Assembly (NCBI GenBank): GCA_963675755.2
Contig: CAXXMD010000003.1
Coordinates: 3,232,001 to 3,296,000, forward strand
DNA from: a bacterium
Lineage (GTDB): Bacteria > Zhuqueibacterota > Zhuqueibacteria > Residuimicrobiales > Krinioviventaceae
DNA: 64,000 bases
Direction of reading: 5' to 3'
The translations under genes were made by a program, and so were the position numbers. The notes beneath the pieces are model-generated. The model searched no databases, was not told where the DNA came from, and saw nothing but the letters and a program-made list of their open reading frames with translations. Shown piece after piece: positions 1 to 8,791 of the stretch; position 1 is the stretch's first letter, and every line of letters begins with the position of its first letter.

Positions 1-810
1 TTATCCGGTCATCGATTGGATCTCGTATTGTTTAAGGGAAAATTACAAGCATCCGTTTCTGAACTTATGTTATATGGTGGACAAGATAAAACCTTTGATG
101 TTGTATATAGTAATCCATTTGTATTCTGGCACGGTGCAAATTATAATAATAAAAGTAATTCAGGTAATGTATTGCCTACAGTTGATGTGTTGTATTATCC
201 TGCAATCAACTGGAAACTGTATGGTTCGCTATTAATTGACGATATTCAAATCGAAAAAACGGGACCTGGAGACCTGGAACCCAATGAAATAGGATTTATT
301 GCCGGAACTGAATATGCTGTGCCATTGAGCTTTTCGGGTATGACAATAAATGCAGAATATACCAGAGTTGCAAATCGTACATATAAAACTCCCAACCCTA
401 TGGAAACTTTTGTTCATCGTAATGTGCCATTGGGACATCCACTGGGAAATGATTTTGAACAATTTAATTTGGGTGTCAGGTACTGGTTTAGTTCATATTT
501 CAGAACAGAGCTTGATTATTTTTATACTAAAAATGGAGAAGGAAGTATTTATTCACTCTGGGATGAACCGTGGATGGATTATACCGTTGATGAAGGGTAT
601 GATGAACCTTTTCCTACTGGAACAGTTGAAAAAAATAACAGTCTAAGAATTAGAGCAATGTGGTATTATAAATCCTGGGCAAGGTTGAACATGGAATTGT
701 TATCCAGTTCAATTAAAAATAAAGCAAATGTTTCCGGTGATAATGATACATCGTTTCAATGGGTTATGAGTGTAGAGTTGAATTATGACTATATCTTTAA
801 TCTTAAATAA
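1..810 (+). CDS. Capsule assembly Wzi-family outer-membrane beta-barrel protein (5'-partial)
   Basis: Frame is open from base 1 (LSGHRLD...). Motifs SELMLYGG, LYGSLLIDD, EYTRVANRTY and PLGHPLG, plus a C-terminal aromatic beta-strand, resemble the Wzi family. Confidence 0.6.
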   Translation, partial: LSGHRLDLVLFKGKLQASVSELMLYGGQDKTFDVVYSNPFVFWHGANYNNKSNSGNVLPTVDVLYYPAINWKLYGSLLIDDIQIEKTGPGDLEPNEIGFIAGTEYAVPLSFSGMTINAEYTRVANRTYKTPNPMETFVHRNVPLGHPLGNDFEQFNLGVRYWFSSYFRTELDYFYTKNGEGSIYSLWDEPWMDYTVDEGYDEPFPTGTVEKNNSLRIRAMWYYKSWARLNMELLSSSIKNKANVSGDNDTSFQWVMSVELNYDYIFNLK

Positions 811-832
811 TTATTAATCCTCTACTTTATTA

Positions 833-1906
833 TCATGCTAACAATTTTATCCTTGTAAAAATATAATCCAGATAATCTTCGTTTAGGACAAGTCTATAAA
901 AACCTGAATCGTTTAATTGCTGTGGTTCATGCGGATTATATTCCAGATATTTTTTGTGCTTGTGTATATTAAACCAATAAATAAGATATATTTTCCCATC
1001 CTGGATTTCAATATTACTAATTCCTCTTTTGCCTATTGCACACCCGGTATTAAACAAGCAGGGAATGATCATATCGTTATTGTACAAGCTGCTCCGATTC
1101 CCTAACTTTTTATTATTGGTGTTGAAAAAATCCAGTTCTTTTTTTAAACGTATGATTTCATCGTGAATATATTTCTTTTTTTCTTCATCTGCATTTGGGT
1201 ACCCCCGAATCAGATTCTCCATTTCGAATTTTATGAAATCCAGTTTTGATAAAGATTCAAACAAAGGGCGATGGGTGTGTCCTATAATAGTCATGAGTTT
1301 GTTTTTGGTGGAAAAGTTGTATACTTTTTTTTCAACCTTGAATCTTCTTTTGCTATCATAAGCTGTAGAACGGTTAGTGATTCCAAGGGGCTTTACAAAA
1401 TAACGCAGCATAAATCCAAAAATCATATTAAACTTGTCTATCATATGAGAAGCCTGGTGCCCGTGTATAATGAATATTTTATTTTTCCCATATTTAAGAA
1501 CCAGAGCTGGTAACAAATCCTTGTTGAGTTTTTCATATTTCATAAACAAGTCATAGTCGTGATTGCCTACAATCTTGAAAAGTTGATTTCTATTTTTAAA
1601 TTCTTTGAAAATGCGATATATCTTTTTCCATCTCTTTATAATGATAGATAAAGGGAATTTTTGTAGCTCTTCAATATCGCCATTGAGGATCAATGTGTAA
1701 TTGTTTTTTAGATAGTAATCTTGAAGGACGGTTCTGAATAATCTTGCATTCTTTTTAAAGTCATCTTTAGAGCCGCCATCACCTAAATGCAGATCACTGA
1801 ATATTGCAATTTTTTCGTCAGGTTCAGGAGTATACTCTTTTGCTTCTTTTAATAGTTTATATAAATTTTCCTCAATTAGCTGTACTCTTTTTTTATATTT
1901 TAACAT
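833..1906 (-). CDS. Calcineurin-like metallophosphoesterase (LpxH-like)
   Basis: All five motifs present: FSDLHLG, LNGDIEE, VGNHD, IHGHQ, GHTH. Confidence 0.85.
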   Translation of the reverse strand: MLKYKKRVQLIEENLYKLLKEAKEYTPEPDEKIAIFSDLHLGDGGSKDDFKKNARLFRTVLQDYYLKNNYTLILNGDIEELQKFPLSIIIKRWKKIYRIFKEFKNRNQLFKIVGNHDYDLFMKYEKLNKDLLPALVLKYGKNKIFIIHGHQASHMIDKFNMIFGFMLRYFVKPLGITNRSTAYDSKRRFKVEKKVYNFSTKNKLMTIIGHTHRPLFESLSKLDFIKFEMENLIRGYPNADEEKKKYIHDEIIRLKKELDFFNTNNKKLGNRSSLYNNDMIIPCLFNTGCAIGKRGISNIEIQDGKIYLIYWFNIHKHKKYLEYNPHEPQQLNDSGFYRLVLNEDYLDYIFTRIKLLA

Positions 1907-2254
1907 AATACATCCAACTTTACATATACTTGATTTTAAATTTATAAAGAACTTTTATTAATTTCAAATTAAATATATGTTATCAAGTATATATTATATT
2001 TGGTAATGGATAGGTTGATACGTTATTTTCATATTTACTTGAATGATTCATGATGTTTTATTCAGCAAGAAATCTCTATTCTATCAATATGGTAAGATAA
2101 AAATGACTAGTCTGAAATCCTAATATATGTGTGATGATCATCAAAAATATAATTAATGTAGATTTGGGTGATATGGTACAATGTTGTACGTATGGGTACA
2201 ATTGATCAATGGTTGATTTCCTGTAACTCTAATAAAAATAGTAGTCACTGTTTT

Positions 2255-2269
2255 TGGCATCGGATTTGT
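2255..2269 (+). promoter_or_regulatory. Putative sigma54 -24/-12 promoter
   Basis: TGGCATC-GGAT-TTGT versus consensus TGGCACG-N4-TTGC with correct spacing; palindrome GTACA-N4-TGTAC upstream at 2176-2189. Confidence 0.4.
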
Positions 2270-2315
2270 CGTTTTAGTGATTGATATTAAAAATTAAAGT
2301 GTTTGGGAGGTTCAA

Positions 2316-2837
2316 ATGAAAAAGTCGATAATGTTCTTACTGGTTGCCTTGTTTGCAGGCTGCTCACCTTATCATGTGAAAACAGATTATAATCCAGAAG
2401 TAGATTTTAGTGCTTATAAATCTTTCAACTGGATAAAACCAAAACCAAATTCACGCAAATCAAAACCCTATCAAACATTGCATGAGCAACGTATTAAAGC
2501 TGCAATTGCAAAAGAGTTTACAACAAAAGGGTATAAATTCGCTGATACTGACAAACCAGATTTGTTGTTAGCTTTTCATATTGCCACTCTAAACAAATTG
2601 GATGTAACTCATTTTGGCTACAGACCCGGACGCTGGGGGTATCGTGGCCCTGGATATACAACTGTTCACAAGTATAAAGAAGGTACTTTTATATTGGATA
2701 TAGTTGATCCTGTAGAAAAAGTGATGATCTGGCGAGGAGCTGTCTCTGGTATTGTATTGAATCAAAATAGTGATGATAACGATATTGCAGAGATTGTTAA
2801 AAAATTACTGGAAAAATACCCTCCAGATTTGGAATAA
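2316..2837 (+). CDS. DUF4136 domain lipoprotein
   Basis: Lipobox FAGC; DYNPEVDFSAYKSFNW and YKEGTFILDIVD...IWRG motifs; GGAGG RBS. Confidence 0.85.
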   Translation: MKKSIMFLLVALFAGCSPYHVKTDYNPEVDFSAYKSFNWIKPKPNSRKSKPYQTLHEQRIKAAIAKEFTTKGYKFADTDKPDLLLAFHIATLNKLDVTHFGYRPGRWGYRGPGYTTVHKYKEGTFILDIVDPVEKVMIWRGAVSGIVLNQNSDDNDIAEIVKKLLEKYPPDLE

Positions 2838-2984
2838 AAAAATAGAATTACGGGTTTTGTTTTTGATTGAAATACCCTGTACAAAAACTAATTTAAAATT
2901 TTAACTATATCCTGATATTAAAAATATCAGATCATGAATATTTTTTTTGAGATTTTTATAAATAACTTGAATGTTGATTTGATA

Positions 2985-2993
2985 TGTTATAAT
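2985..2993 (+). promoter_or_regulatory. Extended -10 promoter of the DUF4332-HtpX operon
   Basis: TGTTATAAT (TGn-TATAAT) about 55 nt upstream of the ATG at 3049. Confidence 0.5.
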
Positions 2994-3048
2994 TTGTTAT
3001 GTACAGGATTAATTAGTATGATTTGAAAATGAAACCTGGAGGCGAAAC

Positions 3049-3462
3049 ATGGCTAACTACAAAATTAGTGACATTGAAGGCATTGGACCTGCTTATGCAG
3101 AAAAATTACAAAAAGTTGGTGTCCGTACTGTAAATGCTTTGTTAAAAAAAGGTGCAACTCGTAAAGGACGCGGTGAATTGGCCGAAAGCAGTGGTATTGA
3201 TGAAACCTATATTTTGAAATGGGTAAATATGGCTGATTTGTATCGTATCAATGGAGTTGGCAGTGAATATGCAGAATTGCTTGAAAAAGCAGGTGTAGAT
3301 ACTGTAAAAGAATTAAGAAACCGCAAACCAGAAAATCTTTATGAAAAGATGAAAGAAGTTAATTCTGAAAAACGTGCTCTAGTACGGGTTTTACCAGGCT
3401 TGAAAAAAGTACAGGGATGGGTTGAAGAAGCTAAAAAACTTGATCCTGTTGTTACTTATTAA
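3049..3462 (+). CDS. DUF4332 domain protein (helix-hairpin-helix)
   Basis: IEGIGP and WVNMADLYRINGVGSEYAELLEKAGVDTVKELRNR signatures. Confidence 0.85.
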   Translation: MANYKISDIEGIGPAYAEKLQKVGVRTVNALLKKGATRKGRGELAESSGIDETYILKWVNMADLYRINGVGSEYAELLEKAGVDTVKELRNRKPENLYEKMKEVNSEKRALVRVLPGLKKVQGWVEEAKKLDPVVTY

Positions 3463-3477
3463 GAAAAGGAAGTTAAA

Positions 3478-3912
3478 ATGGGAATGTTTGATTTTCTTAA
3501 AGATGTTGGTGCCAATCTTTTTGGTAAGGGCAATGAAGCCGAAAAAGTTAAAGAACTTTTGGATAAAGAATTGGGTAGTTCTATAACCAACCTGACAACA
3601 GCATTTGATGATGGTGTTGTTACCTTGACCGGAGAATGTGATACCCTGGCAACAAAAGAAAAAGCTGTTCTTCTTGCTGGAAATATCAAAGGTGTTGAAA
3701 AAGTTGTAGATGATCAGCTAACTGCACCACCTGCAGAAGAAGAAACAGAATTCTATACAATAAAATCAGGTGATACTTTGTCAAAAATTGCAAAATCATA
3801 TTATGGTAATGCAATGAAATACCCGGTAATTTTTGAAGCGAACCGGGAAGTAATTAAAGATGCGGATTTAATTTATCCGGGACAAACCATACGAATCCCT
3901 AAATTGGGATAA
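3478..3912 (+). CDS. BON-LysM protein (Kbp/YgaU potassium-binding family)
   Basis: MGMFDFLKDVG N-terminus; BON domain (VTLTGE...AGNIKGVEKV); LysM domain (YTIKSGDTLSKIAK...IYPGQTIRIP). Confidence 0.9.
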   Translation: MGMFDFLKDVGANLFGKGNEAEKVKELLDKELGSSITNLTTAFDDGVVTLTGECDTLATKEKAVLLAGNIKGVEKVVDDQLTAPPAEEETEFYTIKSGDTLSKIAKSYYGNAMKYPVIFEANREVIKDADLIYPGQTIRIPKLG

Positions 3913-3928
3913 ACGAAAAGAGGGAAAA

Positions 3929-4513
3929 ATGTCAGGTTTTATTGACGAATTGATGGAATCTTTTGGACCTGAAATTTCTAAACAACTAAATAATAATCTG
4001 GGTATTAATACCAAAACAGCCCAACAACTCATTCCACAAGTTGCACCATTAATATTGAGTGGTCTTCGTAAACAAAAAGATGAATTCGGCGGAGAGGCTC
4101 GTGTTGATCATATATTAAATAAATATGGTAGCGCAAGCGTGCTTGATAATATTGGTGAGCTTTTTGCCGATAAATCCAAGGATGACAATCCTGATCCCAA
4201 ACTGGGTGGATTATTGGGCGACTCTGGAGTTCAAGCTGCTGATTTATTGTCAAAACAATTTAATCTGTCTGGTGATTTGGCCGCCAAAGTGATACCCATG
4301 CTTGCACCTGTGATATTGGGTGCCTTGACTCAAAAACGGGACAGTGGTGCAGGATCAAATGGAATTGCATCTTTACTTGATCAGGATGGTGATGGAAGTA
4401 TTTTGGATGACGTTGCCAGCTTTATGATTCAAGGTCTTGGAAGCTCAGGCACTTCAAGCTCTAAAAATGTTTTGGGCGGATTGCTAGGTGGTTTATTCGG
4501 TAAAAAAAGATAA
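3929..4513 (+). CDS. DUF937 domain protein
   Basis: Helical repeats APLILSGL and APVILGAL; LLDQDGDGSILDD; C-terminal LGGLLGGLFGK. Confidence 0.75.
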   Translation: MSGFIDELMESFGPEISKQLNNNLGINTKTAQQLIPQVAPLILSGLRKQKDEFGGEARVDHILNKYGSASVLDNIGELFADKSKDDNPDPKLGGLLGDSGVQAADLLSKQFNLSGDLAAKVIPMLAPVILGALTQKRDSGAGSNGIASLLDQDGDGSILDDVASFMIQGLGSSGTSSSKNVLGGLLGGLFGKKR

Positions 4514-4519
4514 GATATA

Positions 4520-5350
4520 ATGATAGCTAACCAGATCAAAACAGTATTATTGATGACTGTTTTAACACTGTTGCTGATTTGGGTTGGAAATTTATTAGGC
4601 GGTCCGGAGGGTGCCTTTATTGCATTCCTGCTGGCCGCCGCTTTAAATTTTTACTCATATTGGTTCAGTGATAAAATGGTATTGAAACAATATAGGGCAA
4701 TTGAAGTAGATGCTTCTAATCATCCCAGACTCTATGGAATTGTTTCAAGATTGGTGGAAAATGCCAATTTACCCTTGCCAAAAATTTATTTAATTCCAGA
4801 AAAAAATCCGAATGCATTTGCTACTGGTCGTAATCCTAAACATGCTGCTGTTGCAGCTACTGAAGGTATATTGCAACTTCTTGACGATGATGAACTTGAG
4901 GGGGTTATGGCTCATGAACTTGCTCATGTGAAACATCGGGATATTTTGACCGGAACAATTGCAGCAACATTTGCCGGAGCCATTGCAATGTTGGGGCAAA
5001 TGGGACGCTATAGTAGTGGACGAAACAGAAACCGGTCTAACCCGGTTCTTTTGTTGATTTTAATTATTGGTGCCCCTCTTGCTGCCATGATTGTAAGAAT
5101 GAGTATATCCAGAGTGCGAGAATACTCGGCCGATAAAGGTGGTGCTGAAATTTGTGGTAAGCCCCTGGCGTTAGCAAATGCATTGCACAAATTAAAGCAT
5201 GGAGTGGCTAAATACCCATTAACACGTGGAAATCCTGCACATTCACATATGTTTATTGTTAATCCTTTCCTGGGTAATTTACAAAATCTTTTAACAACAC
5301 ATCCCCCTATTGAAGAAAGAATTGCAAAACTCGAACAAATGACAGTTTAA
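4520..5350 (+). CDS. htpX: Zinc metalloprotease HtpX (M48)
   Basis: PNAFATGRNP, HELAH zinc motif, SRVREYSAD, THPPIEERI. Confidence 0.92.
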   Translation: MIANQIKTVLLMTVLTLLLIWVGNLLGGPEGAFIAFLLAAALNFYSYWFSDKMVLKQYRAIEVDASNHPRLYGIVSRLVENANLPLPKIYLIPEKNPNAFATGRNPKHAAVAATEGILQLLDDDELEGVMAHELAHVKHRDILTGTIAATFAGAIAMLGQMGRYSSGRNRNRSNPVLLLILIIGAPLAAMIVRMSISRVREYSADKGGAEICGKPLALANALHKLKHGVAKYPLTRGNPAHSHMFIVNPFLGNLQNLLTTHPPIEERIAKLEQMTV

Positions 5351-5388
5351 TCTGATTTTATGATATTGATGCTATACGGAGGTATGCA

Positions 5389-6786
5389 ATGAAAATAAGG
5401 TTTCTTGGTGGAGCACGTATTGTTACCGGCTCACAACATTTATTAGAAGTGAATGGTAAAAAAATATTACTTGAATGTGGTTTGTACCAGGGACGGCGTA
5501 AAGATACATACGAGTATAACAAGAATTTTATGTTTGATCCTGCTGATCTTGATGCAATGATTTTATCCCACGCACATATTGATCACAGTGGTAATATTCC
5601 CAACTTGGTAAGCAAGGGCTTTACCGGCCCCATTTATACTACAAGTGTAACAGTTGATTTGTGTCAGTTTATGCTCAGAGACTCTGCATATTTGCAGGAA
5701 AAAGATGTAGAGTGGGTTAATAAGCGAAAACAAAAAAAAGGTGAGACGCTTGTTGAACCATTATACACAATGGATGATGTAGAACTGGCAATGAACCAAT
5801 TTGTTGGTATGCAATATGATTATACTTTTGAAATTGTACCAGGAGTCAAAGTAACATTTAGAGACGCGGGACATATACTGGGTTCTGCGAGTGTATTACT
5901 GGAAATTAATGAAAATGGTAAAAAATATCGCTTGGGATTTACAGGAGATATGGGCCGTACCAATATGCCAATTATTCGGGATCCCAATCAATTGCGAGAT
6001 CTGGATATTTTGATAATGGAAAGTACATATGGTGACAGAGTGCATGATGCATCACCTGATGTAGAAAAGAGATTTGCAGAAACTATTAAACGCGTTATTG
6101 ACAGAGGTGGGAAAATAATTGTACCCGCATTTGCTGTAGGACGTACACAATTACTTGTTTATGAATTACATAAATTGTTTGATCAGAACCGAATTCCCAA
6201 CATTCCAATATATGTAGACAGCCCCATGGCATGTAATGCAACTGATGTTTTTAGAATGCATCCCGAATGTTATGACAGGGAAACATATCGTTTGTTTTCT
6301 TCTGACCACGAAGATCCTTTTGGCTTTGGACGTTTAAAATATATTAGAAAAGCTGAAGAGTCCAAGTTGCTGAATACAACTGACAATCCTTGTGTAATTA
6401 TTTCAGCTTCGGGAATGGCTGAAGGTGGTAGAATAATGCATCATTTGAGCAATAATATTGGTGATCCCAAAAATCTTGTACTGTTTGTTGGATATGCTGC
6501 AGAGCACACACTGGCCCGAAAGATAATGGATGGTGAAAAGATAGTAAAGATTTTTGGTGAAGAGCATGCAGTCCGTTGTGAGGTTGAAAAAATAGATGAC
6601 TTTAGTGCCCATGCGGATAGAGATGAAATGATAGATTACTTGAAATTCATAAAGCCTGATCAGTTGAAACATTTGTTCCTTGTTCATGGAGAAGAGGAAC
6701 AAGCTTTGCCTTTCAAGAAAAAGCTGGAATCTTTGGGGTATAAAAATGTTTATTTCCCTGAGAGAGGAAGTGTTTTTACTGTCTAG
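5389..6786 (+). CDS. MBL-fold beta-CASP RNA-processing metallohydrolase
   Basis: SHAHIDHSG, AGHILGSA, MESTYG, PAFAVGRTQ, SASGMAEGGR, FSAHAD, LVHGE. Confidence 0.92.
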   Translation: MKIRFLGGARIVTGSQHLLEVNGKKILLECGLYQGRRKDTYEYNKNFMFDPADLDAMILSHAHIDHSGNIPNLVSKGFTGPIYTTSVTVDLCQFMLRDSAYLQEKDVEWVNKRKQKKGETLVEPLYTMDDVELAMNQFVGMQYDYTFEIVPGVKVTFRDAGHILGSASVLLEINENGKKYRLGFTGDMGRTNMPIIRDPNQLRDLDILIMESTYGDRVHDASPDVEKRFAETIKRVIDRGGKIIVPAFAVGRTQLLVYELHKLFDQNRIPNIPIYVDSPMACNATDVFRMHPECYDRETYRLFSSDHEDPFGFGRLKYIRKAEESKLLNTTDNPCVIISASGMAEGGRIMHHLSNNIGDPKNLVLFVGYAAEHTLARKIMDGEKIVKIFGEEHAVRCEVEKIDDFSAHADRDEMIDYLKFIKPDQLKHLFLVHGEEEQALPFKKKLESLGYKNVYFPERGSVFTV

Positions 6787-6808
6787 TCATCATCATATTT
6801 GATTATAC

Positions 6809-6845
6809 AAAAAGCTGCTTGATTTATTTAGGCAGCTTTTTTTTT
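6809..6845 (+). terminator. Rho-independent terminator (possibly bidirectional)
   Basis: AAAAAGCTGCTT...AGGCAGCTTTTT stem followed by a long T tract. Confidence 0.8.
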
Positions 6846-6942
6846 GTTGAATAATGCTGTGATTTGATTTGACAGTAAATTTGAATTGCTTGAGTTTATG
6901 TGCTATAAATGTTATATTCTTTTTTTATGATAAAGGATTAAT

Positions 6943-8121
6943 GTGGTTTCATTTTTAACACAAAATAAAGCAAGCATTATTGAACAGGCAATAAATATTT
7001 CTACTGAAGGAATCGTTATTACAGATGCACTTGATCCTCAAAATCCAATTGTATATGTAAATAAGGGTTTTGAAAAAATAACGGGATATAGCAGGGATGA
7101 TTTTATTGGCAAGAATTGCAGAATGCTTCAAGGGGCTGGTACAAGTATTACCGCAGTAGCAGAGATCAGCAAGGCTATACGAGAAAAATTAGCATGTACA
7201 GTTGAATTGATAAATTATCGCAAAGATGGCTCTCCTTTTTGGAACCGATTATCTATTACCCCTTTGCAAAATAAAGATGGAATCACCACGCATTTTGTTG
7301 GAGTACAATCTGATATTACTGAACTCCGAAATACTAAAGAAGAACTGGAAAAAGCCAATTCACAGTTGGAAACTTTTTTTACAGAGATGATACGTGAAAT
7401 GGAACAGGCTCGTATTGCACAAGAGCATCTTATGCCTCGGGAATTGCCTGAATCCAGCTTTGTAAAATTTGCCGTTAAATATGACCCCCTTGAACAAATA
7501 GGTGGTGATTTTTTTGATATTTTTGAATTGGGTGGGCATAATTATGGAGTTTTATTGGCCGATACGACGGGGCATGGTATACCCGCTGCATTGTTAACAT
7601 TTATGACTTCAAACACATTCAAGGGAGCATACCCCGGGGAATTGTCGACCAGAAAGGTGATAGAAAAAACAAATAATACACTTTTCAAACAAATGCCTGA
7701 CGGAACGTTTGTAACCATGTCTTATATGGTTTATAATGCAAAATCTCGTGAATTATATTTTACACAGGCAGGAAGTCCCGCGGCCTTGTTGATTCGTACC
7801 CGAAAGAATACCGTTGATATATTGAGAACTCGTGGAACCTTGGTAGGTATTATACCTCCGGAATTGGCAAAATATGATCAAATAAAATTAGAGCTACAAT
7901 CAGGAGATAAAGTATTATTGTTCACAGATGCCGTATTGGAGGCAAATAATTTAACCGGGGATATTTTAGATATTGAACAATTACAACAGTTTGTACTACA
8001 AAATATAAATCTACCCATTGATGAATTGATTGACAGTGTTTATCAATTTGGTCTTACAGCAGCCAACCGCGCAAAATATCTGGATGATGCCACTCTTGTT
8101 GGATTTCAGGTATTATCATAA
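6943..8121 (+). CDS. LOV-domain PP2C/SpoIIE serine phosphatase (RsbP/RsbU-like)
   Basis: LOV motifs GKNCRMLQG, NYRKDGSPFWN, FVGVQSD; PP2C motifs GGDFFD, ADTTGHG, FTD, DDATL. Confidence 0.9.
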   Translation: MVSFLTQNKASIIEQAINISTEGIVITDALDPQNPIVYVNKGFEKITGYSRDDFIGKNCRMLQGAGTSITAVAEISKAIREKLACTVELINYRKDGSPFWNRLSITPLQNKDGITTHFVGVQSDITELRNTKEELEKANSQLETFFTEMIREMEQARIAQEHLMPRELPESSFVKFAVKYDPLEQIGGDFFDIFELGGHNYGVLLADTTGHGIPAALLTFMTSNTFKGAYPGELSTRKVIEKTNNTLFKQMPDGTFVTMSYMVYNAKSRELYFTQAGSPAALLIRTRKNTVDILRTRGTLVGIIPPELAKYDQIKLELQSGDKVLLFTDAVLEANNLTGDILDIEQLQQFVLQNINLPIDELIDSVYQFGLTAANRAKYLDDATLVGFQVLS

Positions 8122-8347
8122 TTAATTACCCCTTTATTTTTATTCTTATTAAATAATTCGCAAAAATTTAAGGTATTTATTGCCTGAATGGTATAAATCT
8201 TGCTTTTAATGATTAATATTAATGAGCATTTTTGTAAATTGTTGTTTTTTAATATGTTGTTGTAGTAGTTTTGGTTCGGCGTAGGTATATTAATGGGAAA
8301 AATAGTCTGCAACAATAAAAAAATTACTTGAAAATTTAAGAGGTGTT

Positions 8348-8743
8348 ATGAAAATTCTTATTGTTGAAGACGATCCGGCTGGCGCAAAAATTCTTGAAGA
8401 CATATTACAATCAGTAGGAAAATGTGATACTGTTATTGATGGGGAAGAAGCTGTGCAAGCATTCAAGTTGGCTTATGAAAAGCAGCAGCCTTATGATTTG
8501 ATTCTTATGGACATCATGATGCCAAATGTTGATGGTCAAGAAGCTTTAAAACTCATTCGGGAAACTGAAAAAGAAAAATACAAAATTTATTCTAATGGTG
8601 TTAAAGTGATCATGGCCACAGCGCTCGATGATCAGGTTAATGTTTTAAAAGCATTTTGTGAGGGTGGTGCCGCAAGTTATCTTGTTAAGCCTATTACACG
8701 AAACAAACTTTTGGGCAAGTTGAATGAAATGGGTTTAATGTAA
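8348..8743 (+). CDS. Single-domain response regulator (CheY-like)
   Basis: IVEDD, LMDIMMP, MATA, YLVKP. Confidence 0.9.
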   Translation: MKILIVEDDPAGAKILEDILQSVGKCDTVIDGEEAVQAFKLAYEKQQPYDLILMDIMMPNVDGQEALKLIRETEKEKYKIYSNGVKVIMATALDDQVNVLKAFCEGGAASYLVKPITRNKLLGKLNEMGLM

Positions 8744-8791
8744 TGCTTGAAAATAATGTGAAATTTTTCATATTAACTAAATGGGGTTACC

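Noticed and set aside
1907-2315. Long AT-rich intergenic region as a possible CRISPR array or origin
   Set aside because: No regularly spaced repeats and no DnaA-box cluster. It is consistent with divergent promoters.
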